Source of the DNA: an uncultured Planctomycetales bacterium
GTDB taxonomy: Bacteria; Omnitrophota; Gorgyraeia; Gygaellales; JAHJCI01
Direction of reading: 5' to 3'
Assembly (NCBI GenBank): GCA_964592485.1
Contig: CAZQEY010000001.1
Location: forward strand, 456 to 64,455
DNA length: 64,000 nt
Part shown: one piece after another, positions 34,390-44,764 of the stretch
How the letters are laid out: every line of letters starts with the position of its first letter
Position numbering within the stretch: the stretch's first letter is position 1
The notes under the pieces: model-generated
Database searches by the model: none
What the model was told of the DNA's origin: nothing
What the model saw: the letters and a program-made list of their open reading frames with translations, nothing else
Translations under genes and position numbers: made by a program

Positions 34390-35763
34390 TTAATCACCGT
34401 GGGGCTTCTGTTCAATATTGATGTAATCATCAAAGGTAAGAGGCTTGCCTAATTCTTGCTTTACCACGCGGATTCTATCCGGGACGTATGGGTGGGTTCG
34501 AATATAGGATTTTGGACGCAAGGGTTCGCGCCGACTAATCTCCTGCAGTTTCTCCAGAAAACTAATCATCCCTTCGGGATTAAAACCAGCGCGCTTTGCA
34601 TAGCGGGCGGCCAACTGATCAGCCAAAAGCTCATCCTCGCGAGAATATCCAGAAATTATCTCAGTAAATGCAATATCTGCTCCGGTAACCAGCTTTCCGC
34701 TTTCCGGCGCTTGAGCCATTAAAATTCTTAAAAAATTATATCCCATCATTGCCTGGAGTTTCTTGACACTGTGCCGGGCAACAATATGACCAACCTCATG
34801 AGCCAAGACGCAGGCTAATTCATCATCATTATCTACCTTATCGATTAGACCGCTGTTAACATAAATAAAACCGCCGGGTAGAGCAAACGCATTTACTTCC
34901 TCCTCCTGAATTACCTTAAAATGATAATCAATCTCCTGCCGGTCACAAACCTGAACAATTAACTTGCCGATATCTTCAACCCGCTTCTGAACTAAAGGGT
35001 CATTAACTAACTTATACTCCTTCTCAACTGCCCCGGCAATCGATTTCCCCATCCTGACTTCCTTTTCAACGCTATAAAAAATCCACTCCTCTTGCTCGGT
35101 AGCTAAATTATATTCTGTAGCACAACCACTTAACCCAATAACCCAACAACCCAATAACCCAACAACCAATAAATGAATCCCGATTTTCTTAAGCATCTGA
35201 TAAAGTTTAGCCAGGGGAAGCCCAATGACATTATAAAAACAGCCCTCAATTCGAGGAATAAACAAAGCGCCCCTGCCTTGGATATCAAAACTACCGGCTT
35301 TATCCAGAGGCGAAACGCAGGAAAAATAACGGGTAATCTCTTTATCGGTTAACTTGCTCATATAGACCTTGGTCTTGTCATAATCAACCAAGGTCTCGTT
35401 TTTATCTAAATCAATTACTGCCACACCCGTAAAAACCCAGGCAGCTTGGCCGGATAATCCCTTTAAAGTTCGCCTTGCCTGTTTGAGGCTTTTCGGCTTG
35501 CCGAATATCGTTTTTCCTTGCACCGTAATTGTATCCGCACCAATAATTATGCCGTGCTTACCTCGCCTGGCAACCTGCCTTGCCTTCTTTAAAGCATTAT
35601 CTTTTACTAATTTACTGAATGAACCAGTGGGGCTTCTCTTTTCAACTATCCTGCTGGGTATAACCTTAACCAACAGCCCGAAAGATTCAAGCAACCGCCT
35701 CCTGGCTACAGACGCCGACGCTAAATATATTCTTCTCCTCATTTCAGGGATACCCTCTCGCAT
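34390..35763 (-). CDS. Fusion ORF: Maf-like nucleotide pyrophosphatase (N-terminal ~190 aa) joined to an M48-family zinc metallopeptidase with an internal lipoprotein-type signal
   Basis: Maf: YLASASVARRRLLES...NVIGLPLAKLYQML. Then MLKKIGIHLLVVGLLGCWVIGLSGC (signal plus lipobox) and HEVGH (HExxH) within AFALPGGFIYV...LAHEVGHIVARH. There is no stop between the two domains. Confidence 0.7.
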   Translation of the reverse strand: MREGIPEMRRRIYLASASVARRRLLESFGLLVKVIPSRIVEKRSPTGSFSKLVKDNALKKARQVARRGKHGIIIGADTITVQGKTIFGKPKSLKQARRTLKGLSGQAAWVFTGVAVIDLDKNETLVDYDKTKVYMSKLTDKEITRYFSCVSPLDKAGSFDIQGRGALFIPRIEGCFYNVIGLPLAKLYQMLKKIGIHLLVVGLLGCWVIGLSGCATEYNLATEQEEWIFYSVEKEVRMGKSIAGAVEKEYKLVNDPLVQKRVEDIGKLIVQVCDRQEIDYHFKVIQEEEVNAFALPGGFIYVNSGLIDKVDNDDELACVLAHEVGHIVARHSVKKLQAMMGYNFLRILMAQAPESGKLVTGADIAFTEIISGYSREDELLADQLAARYAKRAGFNPEGMISFLEKLQEISRREPLRPKSYIRTHPYVPDRIRVVKQELGKPLTFDDYINIEQKPHGD

Positions 35764-35773
35764 AAGATAACTC

Positions 35774-36634
35774 CTATTTGCTCTTCTGAACCTCTATTTC
35801 TAACTTCTGGCCTTCGGATTGATAAATACTTAAGATAATATCTCCGTCTCTATCCGTACGATATAGCTCTGCTATTGCTTTTTTTAGCCTGCTTACTGCC
35901 TCCTCTGAGGGATGTCCACACATATTCTCTGCGTTTACACTTATAATGGCTACCCGGGGAGAAACCGCCCCTAAAAACTCCCGGCAGCTTGCATCACCGG
36001 CACCGTGATGCCCTACCTTCAATACATCTGCTTTTAAATCTATCCCCTGCTCGAGGAGTTTTCTTTCAGCCACAGAGGTCAAGTCTCCGGTAAGAAGACA
36101 GCGAAATTTCCTGTAGTTAAGCATAATTACCAAAGAATTGGAATTAAAATCTGAAAATATAGGTGGTTGCAGCGGCCAGAGCACACTCAGGGTTATATCG
36201 CCAAGCAGGAGATTATCCCCGGCTTTTAGAGCCTTATAATTACTGCTGCTTCTTGCTAACTCCTCATACCAGCGATATATACCAATGGATTTTGCTATAT
36301 TAGTTAAATCATGTCCATTATCATAAATATTTCCGACATCTATCATCTGCAAAACAAAGAATGCTCCACCTATGTGGTCGAGGTCCGGATGGGTAAAGAT
36401 AAGATAGTCTAAGTTTTGGATATTCCTTTTTTTTAAATATTCAACTACTCTAAACCCCGTGATGAGATTGCCCGCATCCACAAGGACAGCCCTGCCGTCA
36501 GAAGCCTGAATAAGGATAGAATCCCCTTCTCCCACATCAATGAAATGTATCTTTAAATCCGGCTCTTGAGCAGATATACGGACAACAAGAGAAATAAAAA
36601 ATAAAAATATTGCAAAAATCCTAAACCTTTTCAT
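35774..36634 (-). CDS. Secreted MBL-fold metallo-hydrolase (ComEC C-terminal-domain-like)
   Basis: Signal peptide MKRFRIFAIFLFFISLVVRISAQ and the metallo-beta-lactamase motif THPDLDHIGG. Confidence 0.65.
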   Translation of the reverse strand: MKRFRIFAIFLFFISLVVRISAQEPDLKIHFIDVGEGDSILIQASDGRAVLVDAGNLITGFRVVEYLKKRNIQNLDYLIFTHPDLDHIGGAFFVLQMIDVGNIYDNGHDLTNIAKSIGIYRWYEELARSSSNYKALKAGDNLLLGDITLSVLWPLQPPIFSDFNSNSLVIMLNYRKFRCLLTGDLTSVAERKLLEQGIDLKADVLKVGHHGAGDASCREFLGAVSPRVAIISVNAENMCGHPSEEAVSRLKKAIAELYRTDRDGDIILSIYQSEGQKLEIEVQKSK

Positions 36635-37145
36635 TTTTTAACAAGGGAGCAACCCCCAACAAATATATAACCGCCCCCAAACCACCGCCTAAACTATTAA
36701 ATACAATATCCCGTAAATCAAAAACACGATAAGGCAATACTGCCTGAAATAACTCATCAAGAATCCCCACCGTTACAGCAAACATGCATACCAAAGCAAT
36801 TCCCCTGATTCTTCTGTTTCTCCTAATTAAATCCCTGCCGGCAAACCAACCCAAAACCCCATATTCCAAAATATGAATTCTCTCTTCCGGGATTCTTATC
36901 TGCCAGGCAAGGGTTAAGCCCCCAATCAATATCAGCATAATCGCCAGGCTCTTTATTAAACCGGGTTTATTTCTTATTTCAAAAATCAAAAGGGCTAATC
37001 CTACCGCTGCCAAGATTAACCCAATCAAAATCATAAAACCGGCTTCTCCAATATGGGCCTTGAGAAAGCTCATCAACTGCCTCACAAAGGAAGCTGAGAC
37101 AATTATAAACAACCCGATAAAGATTGTAATTTTTGAAATTTTCAA
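36621..37145 (-). CDS. VanZ-like small membrane protein
   Basis: Four TM helices and 174 aa, typical of VanZ-family topology. Confidence 0.45.
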   Translation of the reverse strand: MKISKITIFIGLFIIVSASFVRQLMSFLKAHIGEAGFMILIGLILAAVGLALLIFEIRNKPGLIKSLAIMLILIGGLTLAWQIRIPEERIHILEYGVLGWFAGRDLIRRNRRIRGIALVCMFAVTVGILDELFQAVLPYRVFDLRDIVFNSLGGGLGAVIYLLGVAPLLKNEKV

Positions 37146-37189
37146 GAAAATATGATTAATAAGATTTCTCTTTTAATCACCGTCAGACA

Positions 37190-37340
37190 TCGCTATTGCT
37201 TATTCTCAAAATCAAGAAGGCTAATCTTGCTGTTGCCAAGATTAGCCCAGTGAAAAATTTTTCCAATATGGGCTCTGCCGATTGTCTCGTAAAATGAGTC
37301 GAGGCAACTATAAACAATCCAATAAACCTCGTCAGATACT
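37190..37340 (-). pseudogene. Degenerate duplicate of the 5' end of the VanZ-like gene
   Basis: 37190-37340 aligns with 36960-37145 (ttcaaaaatcaa..ggctaatc..gccaagatta..cc...ccaatatgggc...ataaacaa.c..ataaa). The reading frame is broken. Confidence 0.4.
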
Positions 37341-37349
37341 AAAGATTAT

Positions 37350-38570
37350 CTAAGGGGTTGGAGATTGTTGTTTTTGAAATCCGTCTCGATCAAACCTTGC
37401 CACCACCCCTAAAAGAAACCAAAACAAAACGGATAATTGTAAGGAATAAAGTTGCGTATCGAAGAAGCTATGTACGAGAAAGCCGAAGATTGCACAAATA
37501 AACCCAAGCAACAATATCGAGGATTGCCGATTATCCTTAAATGTTCTTATTCCTTTATACAAAATTGAGCCCACAAATAAAAGAAAACTCAACAAGGCAA
37601 ATATCCCTGTCTCAGCCCACATTTGTAGATAGCAATTGTGCGCATATTGAACCAGTAAACCCTTGTTGGCATACTGGGGGAAATATTGCATAAATGTGCC
37701 CAAGCCTTTACCCAAAAAGGGATTCTCTTTGACTATTACCCAAGCGCCCTGCCAGATGACAAATCTATCTCTATCTCCACCGGCTTGAAAGGTAAACATT
37801 GCTCTTTCTCTCACCTCTGGTATCACAATTAGCATAAGTATAAAAATAGAAATTGCTAACAGAACAACCTTACTTTTACGTAATAAAAATAGCATTAATA
37901 ATCCAGCTGCCAAAAATCCTACCCAACCTCCACGAGAAAAGGTAAACAAAAGACATAAAGCCAATAAAGTTATTATAAAAAATAAGCCAACGCGATAAAT
38001 TATTCTTTTAATCATTGCTGATGAAAATAGAGTAATTGCTAAAGGTAAAACACAGATTAAATAAGCAGCAAAATCATTATAATGCTTAAAAGGGCCAGTA
38101 ATTGCATACAACACCCCCCTTACCTCAATTATCTGTCTTCCTCGTAAAAACTCAATCCCCAAGAATCGCTGAGAAAAAGCATCTATCCCGACAATTGCTC
38201 CTACAACTAAAAGAATAACTACAGCGTTTATTAGACGCTTGCGATTAGCCAAGATATCCTCGGCCATCAGAAAAATAAAAATATACTCTAACCATTTAAA
38301 AAATAATGCTTCTAAACTCTTCTTAAGATAAGGCCAGCTATTGAATAAAGAAAGCCCGCTAAAGACAACAAAGAGCAAGAGAAATAGATGGGTATAATTT
38401 TTAATAAATCTAAACTCTGGCTGAAGAATCTTCTTAACAACAAAAGCCAGAATCGCCAGACTAGCAAATACTTCGATTACTGCACTAGAAATAGGTATAA
38501 AGAATATTAACCCATACAAACAATACTCAAGCACTCTGTCAGTAATTAATATTATCCTCTCTTTTTTCAT
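37350..38570 (-). CDS. O-antigen ligase / Wzy_C-family polymerase-ligase membrane protein
   Basis: 10-12 TM segments with a periplasmic loop carrying the conserved Wzy_C-type region. 406 aa. Confidence 0.6.
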   Translation of the reverse strand: MKKERIILITDRVLEYCLYGLIFFIPISSAVIEVFASLAILAFVVKKILQPEFRFIKNYTHLFLLLFVVFSGLSLFNSWPYLKKSLEALFFKWLEYIFIFLMAEDILANRKRLINAVVILLVVGAIVGIDAFSQRFLGIEFLRGRQIIEVRGVLYAITGPFKHYNDFAAYLICVLPLAITLFSSAMIKRIIYRVGLFFIITLLALCLLFTFSRGGWVGFLAAGLLMLFLLRKSKVVLLAISIFILMLIVIPEVRERAMFTFQAGGDRDRFVIWQGAWVIVKENPFLGKGLGTFMQYFPQYANKGLLVQYAHNCYLQMWAETGIFALLSFLLFVGSILYKGIRTFKDNRQSSILLLGFICAIFGFLVHSFFDTQLYSLQLSVLFWFLLGVVARFDRDGFQKQQSPTP

Positions 38571-38578
38571 TCCTTCTC

Positions 38579-40021
38579 TTAATAAGCTCCTTTTCTTTTA
38601 AGCACTGCTGGTATTGTCCACAATAATATCCGGAGGTCAAGCCCGAAGGACCAATTATCAATATACCATAAATCCCATCTCATCCACTTATAGAAGCTCA
38701 AGTCGCTCCTTCCTCTTATTTGCCAAAGACAGGTAATTCCGGGTCTTACATTCAGCCGCCGCATCTGCCAGATATCGTATTTATCTACTTCATCAGGAGT
38801 TGGTGGCCGGGGCCCCACCAGACTCATATCCCCTTTTAAAACATTAATTAGTTGAGGTAATTCATCTAAGCTGTACCTTCGCAACCAGCGACCCAAGCGA
38901 GTAACACGCGGGTCATTTTTCATCTTAAATATCGGTCCCTTAACTTCGGACCTATGACGTAAAGCCTCCTTATGATTATCTGCGTCCCTAACCATTGAGC
39001 GAAACTTATAGAAATTAAATATCTTGCCTTTTTTACCACAGCGCAAACACTTATAAAACACCGGTCCGCGGCTGTCCAATTTAATTAAAAAGGCAGTAAT
39101 TACAAGCAAGGGCGTAAGTAATATCAAACTTATACCTGCCACCAACACATCCAACAATCTCTTAACAAACAACTCAGTTCCATGTAAGCCTGCATCAATA
39201 TAGCCAATCAAAGGAGCCATTCCAATATAGTCCAACTTCATCCTCCTAAAAGGAAACCCATTTGTTATAGATATCGTGCCCCATTTAGTCTCTAAAGAGG
39301 TAAAATTGTCTGCTAAAATTCGCACTGTTTTATTCAATTTTCTTCCCTTCGTCAAAATATCAGAAACTAACCTCCGCTCAGAAGGAATACTAACATATAT
39401 CTCATCAACAAAGTGCCTCTGAACCAAAGACTCTAAATCCTTAATCTCTCCTAGGATGTTATAACCTAACACCTTGCCATTTTTATTATCATCTAAAAAG
39501 CCAACGATTTTAAAACCTAAATAATGATTATTTATTATTTCTTCGGCTAAAGCACATCCTGCCTTACCCGCACCAACAATTAAAACATTAATATTGTAAT
39601 GGCCTTTAGCAATACGATATCTAATAATGATTCTTTTAATCATGCGCCAGAAAGACAAACTTAAAATCAAAAGCATTCCTGCCCAGATAAATACAAGGCG
39701 AGAAAAGAATTTCATCTGTAAGAAAAATATAGCCAATGCAGCCAAAATAGTTGCAAAAACCACACTCTTAATTACTCTCCCTATCTCTTTTGGTATAGTT
39801 AAAGAACGGTCTGTTGAATAAAGACGGTGATTGTTCAGGAAAAAGATAAGGCTTAATCCCCACAAAAAAAATAAAAGCCAGTAGTCATTAAAATATGGAA
39901 GATTATTTGGGATAAGGCCGCGGTTATATCTTAAGCAATAAGGCAGATAAAATGAAAGGCTAATCAAGAAGATGTCTATAACCAAATAGGCAAAATGTAA
40001 GTATCTTCTGTCCTGATACAT
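38579..40021 (-). CDS. Undecaprenyl-phosphate sugar phosphotransferase (WbaP/EpsL-like initiating transferase) with a CoA-binding domain
   Basis: Bacterial sugar-transferase C-terminus DELPQLINVLKGDMSLVGPRP, a Rossmann GAGKAG, and N-terminal TM segments. Confidence 0.85.
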   Translation of the reverse strand: MYQDRRYLHFAYLVIDIFLISLSFYLPYCLRYNRGLIPNNLPYFNDYWLLFFLWGLSLIFFLNNHRLYSTDRSLTIPKEIGRVIKSVVFATILAALAIFFLQMKFFSRLVFIWAGMLLILSLSFWRMIKRIIIRYRIAKGHYNINVLIVGAGKAGCALAEEIINNHYLGFKIVGFLDDNKNGKVLGYNILGEIKDLESLVQRHFVDEIYVSIPSERRLVSDILTKGRKLNKTVRILADNFTSLETKWGTISITNGFPFRRMKLDYIGMAPLIGYIDAGLHGTELFVKRLLDVLVAGISLILLTPLLVITAFLIKLDSRGPVFYKCLRCGKKGKIFNFYKFRSMVRDADNHKEALRHRSEVKGPIFKMKNDPRVTRLGRWLRRYSLDELPQLINVLKGDMSLVGPRPPTPDEVDKYDIWQMRRLNVRPGITCLWQIRGRSDLSFYKWMRWDLWYIDNWSFGLDLRILLWTIPAVLKRKGAY

Positions 40022-40188
40022 AAACTGAATTATATCATAACAATCTATTTCTCAGCAAGTAATAAAAATAGACTAAACCTTAACAAGTCACATCCTGCCA
40101 AAAGGCCTAGCCTCCTCTGATGGAATTTCTTTAGAAAGAATTAGGATTAATCTGCTAAAAATAAAAAGGATAAAATTTGCAATAGACC

Positions 40189-41340
40189 TTAATTATAAAG
40201 TTTTAAATAAGTTAAAAAGGCATTCAAACTACATACAATAAGGAAAGCGAGATAAAAAGCATTAAAGCTTAAATATAATGGTTTATTCTTCTTTAAAAAA
40301 CTTATACCCTTTACAATCATAAAAAAAACAAAAGGAGCAAAAAATAAGGTTATTCTCTCTCCTGTAAAGGGATACTTCTTTACTATTCCCAGGATGAACA
40401 ACTCTAAGAAGATAATTAGGGCCAAGGCATCTATATCCCACAGTCTAAATTTATTTTTTCTGATAGATTTAATTCCATAACCAAAAAGGGAGAATATAAA
40501 GAATGGAATTAAAAAAGAGGCAACCCTTCTAAAAAAGGCACTATTTCCAAACCACCACACCGATAGTCTTCTTAACCCCTCTGTAAAGGATTTTATGAAG
40601 CAGTAAAACGAATTTGTACATAGAAAGTAATCCTTCCAATATGAAAAAAGAGCCTGGTCAGATAAAGTGTACTTTAAGTCAAAAGAAAAAACAAAAATAA
40701 TGAATAAAAGGCACATGAAAGCATAGATAATCAGCAGAGTAAAAACTTTAGGGTTCTTCTTAACAATAAATAAAAAGTTATAAATGACTATCCAGAAAAT
40801 AAAAAAACTGCTATATGAAAAGAAAATAGTAAACGGCAATAGAAGCGTTGTGATAATAAAAAATTTTGATAGCCTTTTATCCAAATATTGTTTCTGATAA
40901 GCTAAATACAGGCAAAAAATTCCTATAACCAAAACATCCATAGAATAATGTTTCAATTCTGATGCATAATAACTCAAGTAATAACTACTGGCAAAGGAAA
41001 ATAAAGCAAGTAGAGAATGCCATTTATAAGGAAGCTCTCTTTTGTATATTTTTGCCCAAATAAAGAATGCAGAAAGCATACTTATCAAAGCAAAAAATCT
41101 TAAGGAAAGGGTATTGTAGTTAAATTTTTGTGAAAGATATTTTATCACAATAAGATAAATTCGTGGGAATGCCTGGCAATTTTTAAGAGGACCCAAAGTC
41201 TCACCAAGATTAAGACTCTTTATATTTTCTAAAATAAAATTCTCATCAAGCCAGAGCGGCCTTTGAGAAAAATAATGCAAAAGACATAAAAAGATAAACC
41301 AACTTATACAAGCAACAACTAAAAATTTATATATTTTCAT
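40189..41340 (-). CDS. Polytopic membrane protein (putative polymerase or GT-C-like)
   Basis: About 11 TM segments and no soluble catalytic motif. Set among glycan genes. Confidence 0.4.
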   Translation of the reverse strand: MKIYKFLVVACISWFIFLCLLHYFSQRPLWLDENFILENIKSLNLGETLGPLKNCQAFPRIYLIVIKYLSQKFNYNTLSLRFFALISMLSAFFIWAKIYKRELPYKWHSLLALFSFASSYYLSYYASELKHYSMDVLVIGIFCLYLAYQKQYLDKRLSKFFIITTLLLPFTIFFSYSSFFIFWIVIYNFLFIVKKNPKVFTLLIIYAFMCLLFIIFVFSFDLKYTLSDQALFSYWKDYFLCTNSFYCFIKSFTEGLRRLSVWWFGNSAFFRRVASFLIPFFIFSLFGYGIKSIRKNKFRLWDIDALALIIFLELFILGIVKKYPFTGERITLFFAPFVFFMIVKGISFLKKNKPLYLSFNAFYLAFLIVCSLNAFLTYLKLYN

Positions 41341-41378
41341 TTAGAGAAACTCGTAGACGTCCTATCCTCAATCAATGT

Positions 41379-42950
41379 TTAAAACATATTTATAATAAGC
41401 AAAATTATAAGGGCGAAAATAAGAGGAAATCTTATACTCCTGTATCGTTTCTGTTTATCTATTGCTATTGCCTTAACTACTCTGCGAAACCCGACTGCTC
41501 CTAAATAGAATAATGCTAATGCTTGAGGCATCATATAACGCATAGAGCTTCCGGAATCTGCGCCACCATATATATATCCATAATATAAAAAAACAGAAAA
41601 TACCAAACAAACGATAGGAACCAAATGAATAAATTCTATTTTTCTAAACGCCATCAAGATAAACGCCAAAGACAAAATGCTAAAGTAAATAGCATCGGGG
41701 CAATTAGCAGATAAATCTGAGATTACATTTTTCAACATAGTAAAATTAATTTGAAAAAAATTATGTTGAACCACAGCAGCATATATAGCATTATAAAAGG
41801 GATTTAGATTAATATTATAAACAAAAGTAAATAATTTCCATATAAAAAATGGCACGACAGATATAATTAAAGCCAATAAAGAAAGAGAGAGTCTGTTAGG
41901 TCTCATTTTATATTTAAGATTAAATAAAACAATAAAAATAATTGAAAATAAAAAAGTAAAATAACTAAGAGGAGACTTACTCAATGATAAAAGTCCGATG
42001 CAAAAACTCATGAGTATTAGGTCTATTGTTCTGATGTTGGGTTGATCAGTGAGCTTTTTGATTTCATAAGTAACTAACAAAAAGAAAACCATACAGATAC
42101 CTTCGCCATATATTACTCTATAGCACAATTGGCCGATCCAACTTAGATTATTAAAAGCGCCGAATAAGGCAAGATAAAAGAACAAAAAACACCATCGCTT
42201 AGACCTTATTTGGCACAGAAATAGGAATAAGGTAATGATGATAACGATGGGCATAAAAAAAATAGTCTCAGTAAAATGGGTGCCAGAAAGTTTAGCAGGC
42301 AAAACAGATATAAAAGGTATGCCTAATGAGTGAACTTCTCCTCCAGGATAACCCGCAAGATGACCTTTTAGAACATTTAACATAACCATATTTTTGGAGG
42401 CTATAAACCATAGACCAGTTTCATCACCATAGGCAATTCTTTGCAGATTAAAATTGTATTCAAAAAAATAGAAGAAGCTATGAACAAGCCAGGCAAAGAT
42501 TAAAATATCCACCATCGTAAACCTGTAATTTTTTATAGGCAATAATTTTACTTTTGATTTATTAGTTATAACTCTATACACGATTGGAATTAATAAAATA
42601 ACTACACAAAATTGAATGAAGAAAGTATCTGCGATTTTAAAAACAAGTAAATTTAATAGTGTTAAAAAATAAAGCAGGAAAAGAAACCCGATGTATAATA
42701 TTGGGGCTGATAAAATTTTAAATAACTTTGAGTAGGCCAAAGATAGAAAAAGAATTATAAGATAGGTTACCAAGCTAATAATAAAACATTTCCATAAGTA
42801 AGTGCTCTGGAGATTTTGCAATTCAAGCCTCATTAGGATTTGGACAAAGCGTTTGCAAATCTTTGCAGCTATAATAATGGAAACTAAATTAAATATTATT
42901 CCTTGCCACTTAATGCCAGATAATCTTTGCTTTAACCCTAAATCTTTCAT
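41379..42950 (-). CDS. Polytopic membrane protein (putative GT-C fold glycosyltransferase / ArnT-PMT-like)
   Basis: 523 aa with more than 12 TM segments. Assignment is by locus context only. Confidence 0.4.
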   Translation of the reverse strand: MKDLGLKQRLSGIKWQGIIFNLVSIIIAAKICKRFVQILMRLELQNLQSTYLWKCFIISLVTYLIILFLSLAYSKLFKILSAPILYIGFLFLLYFLTLLNLLVFKIADTFFIQFCVVILLIPIVYRVITNKSKVKLLPIKNYRFTMVDILIFAWLVHSFFYFFEYNFNLQRIAYGDETGLWFIASKNMVMLNVLKGHLAGYPGGEVHSLGIPFISVLPAKLSGTHFTETIFFMPIVIIITLFLFLCQIRSKRWCFLFFYLALFGAFNNLSWIGQLCYRVIYGEGICMVFFLLVTYEIKKLTDQPNIRTIDLILMSFCIGLLSLSKSPLSYFTFLFSIIFIVLFNLKYKMRPNRLSLSLLALIISVVPFFIWKLFTFVYNINLNPFYNAIYAAVVQHNFFQINFTMLKNVISDLSANCPDAIYFSILSLAFILMAFRKIEFIHLVPIVCLVFSVFLYYGYIYGGADSGSSMRYMMPQALALFYLGAVGFRRVVKAIAIDKQKRYRSIRFPLIFALIILLIINMF

Positions 42951-43244
42951 TAGAAAGTTTTTCTGAACAAAGGTTCCTTTTTAAAAATGACATCTTGCTC
43001 AAAGTGCCACATAATTAGACGATTTATATTATCGCCAAAAATTTTGTAAAGCAATGACATTTATAAAACCTGTGAAAAATTCAGAGGTCATACTTAATTA
43101 TTAAGGAGGGGGAAATCACAAAAAAAATACTCTAGTCTAATTTTGAGAAAAATAATCGGATACGATAAGGTAAATTCTGGGAAAAGCTTAACTATCTTGG
43201 GTAGTTTTAAGACTTTTTTCTTCTATAAGTTATCATCGCATAAA

Positions 43245-44699
43245 TCAATATGCTCCTTTACCCTTTAATACAGCAGGAAATGTCCTTAAAATTATACTCA
43301 AATCCAACCAGAATGACCAATTATTGATATACCAAATATCCCACTCCACCAATTGATGAAATGAGGTATCGCCTCTACCTCTAATCTGCCAGAGCCCAGT
43401 TAATCCTGGCTTTATCTCGAGTCTTTTTAGTTGAGCAAAGTCATGTTTTTCTACTTGATCCAGAGGAAGGGGCCGAGGTCCCACAACGCTCATATCCCCC
43501 TTTAACACATTCCAAAGCTGCAGCAGTTCATCAATACTATACTTTCTCATAAATCTACCCAACTTACTACTAATCCGGGGGTCATTTTTTATCTTGAATA
43601 TAGGGCCGCTCTTTTCATTTTTATTTCTTAAACTTTCCAACATGCTATCGGCATTAAGTACCATACTTCTAAACTTATAGAATTTGAATGGCCTTCCTTT
43701 CCTGCCATATCTCTGAGAAATATAAAGAACAGGACCGCCATCACTTATCTTTATGGCAATGCTCAAAATGATAAATAGAGGTAAAAACAAAACTAAACAT
43801 AATCCAGATAAGATGATATCCATAACCCTCTTGCCAAATAAATCTGCACCGTGAAGTTCTTTGACTGAATAATCCAAAACCGGCAGATTTCCTATACTAT
43901 AAACATTGAGGGCCTCTATAGACAGCTCAAATGGGTCGGGTATAACTCTTATGCTGACATTTAATTCCCTGCCTAACTGTAATAAATTAGTTATTTTCCT
44001 TCTTTCATGTGGAATAGTAATTAAAACCTCATCAACAAAATTCTGGCGGACAATTCTTTCAAAGTCAGTTGTTTTACCCAATACTGTGTAATTGGCAACT
44101 GATGTTCCTTTTTCTTTATCGTCATCTAGAAATCCCACTATATTCAATCCCAAATAGGGGTTCCTCTGAATTTCACTAAGCAACTCTTCAGCCACCTTTC
44201 CGGAACCAATGATTAAAACATTAAAATTCTTATACCCCTTTAAGATAATTCGTCTCAATATTAACTTTTTTATTCCTCTCCATAGGCTAAGTGTAATACA
44301 CAAAGAGACAAAATTACCGATAAACACCAAGCGTGATATATAAATTGCCTTTATAAAGAAAACAACTAACCCTGCAATCAGGGTCGAATATAATACTGCC
44401 CTGAGAACTGACTTTGTCTCCTGAGCAATAGAAAACAGTCTGTTGGTTCTATATAAATGCTGGGTATGCAAAAATAATATTGTGATTATTCCCCAAAAGA
44501 TATAAAGTCTATAATACTGCTCAAAAGAAGGAAACAATATCCCCCGCCAACTAAATATATAAGAGGCATCACCTCCCCAATTAAAGAAAATATTCCATCT
44601 GATTATATAGGGCAGGTAAAAAGATAAAAATACGAAGGCTATATCCGTAATAAGGTACAACCCATAAATAACTACGCCTAAACGCTCTTGTTTAAACAT
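43245..44699 (-). CDS. Second WbaP-like undecaprenyl-phosphate sugar phosphotransferase (paralogue of 38579..40021)
   Basis: DELLQLWNVLKGDMSVVGPRP, the same domain order and a Rossmann GSGKVA. Confidence 0.85.
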   Translation of the reverse strand: MFKQERLGVVIYGLYLITDIAFVFLSFYLPYIIRWNIFFNWGGDASYIFSWRGILFPSFEQYYRLYIFWGIITILFLHTQHLYRTNRLFSIAQETKSVLRAVLYSTLIAGLVVFFIKAIYISRLVFIGNFVSLCITLSLWRGIKKLILRRIILKGYKNFNVLIIGSGKVAEELLSEIQRNPYLGLNIVGFLDDDKEKGTSVANYTVLGKTTDFERIVRQNFVDEVLITIPHERRKITNLLQLGRELNVSIRVIPDPFELSIEALNVYSIGNLPVLDYSVKELHGADLFGKRVMDIILSGLCLVLFLPLFIILSIAIKISDGGPVLYISQRYGRKGRPFKFYKFRSMVLNADSMLESLRNKNEKSGPIFKIKNDPRISSKLGRFMRKYSIDELLQLWNVLKGDMSVVGPRPLPLDQVEKHDFAQLKRLEIKPGLTGLWQIRGRGDTSFHQLVEWDIWYINNWSFWLDLSIILRTFPAVLKGKGAY

Positions 44700-44764
44700 C
44701 TTTACTCTTTATTTTATTAATTATAATATATAAAACAAATCTATTCAACTAAAATGAAATAAAT

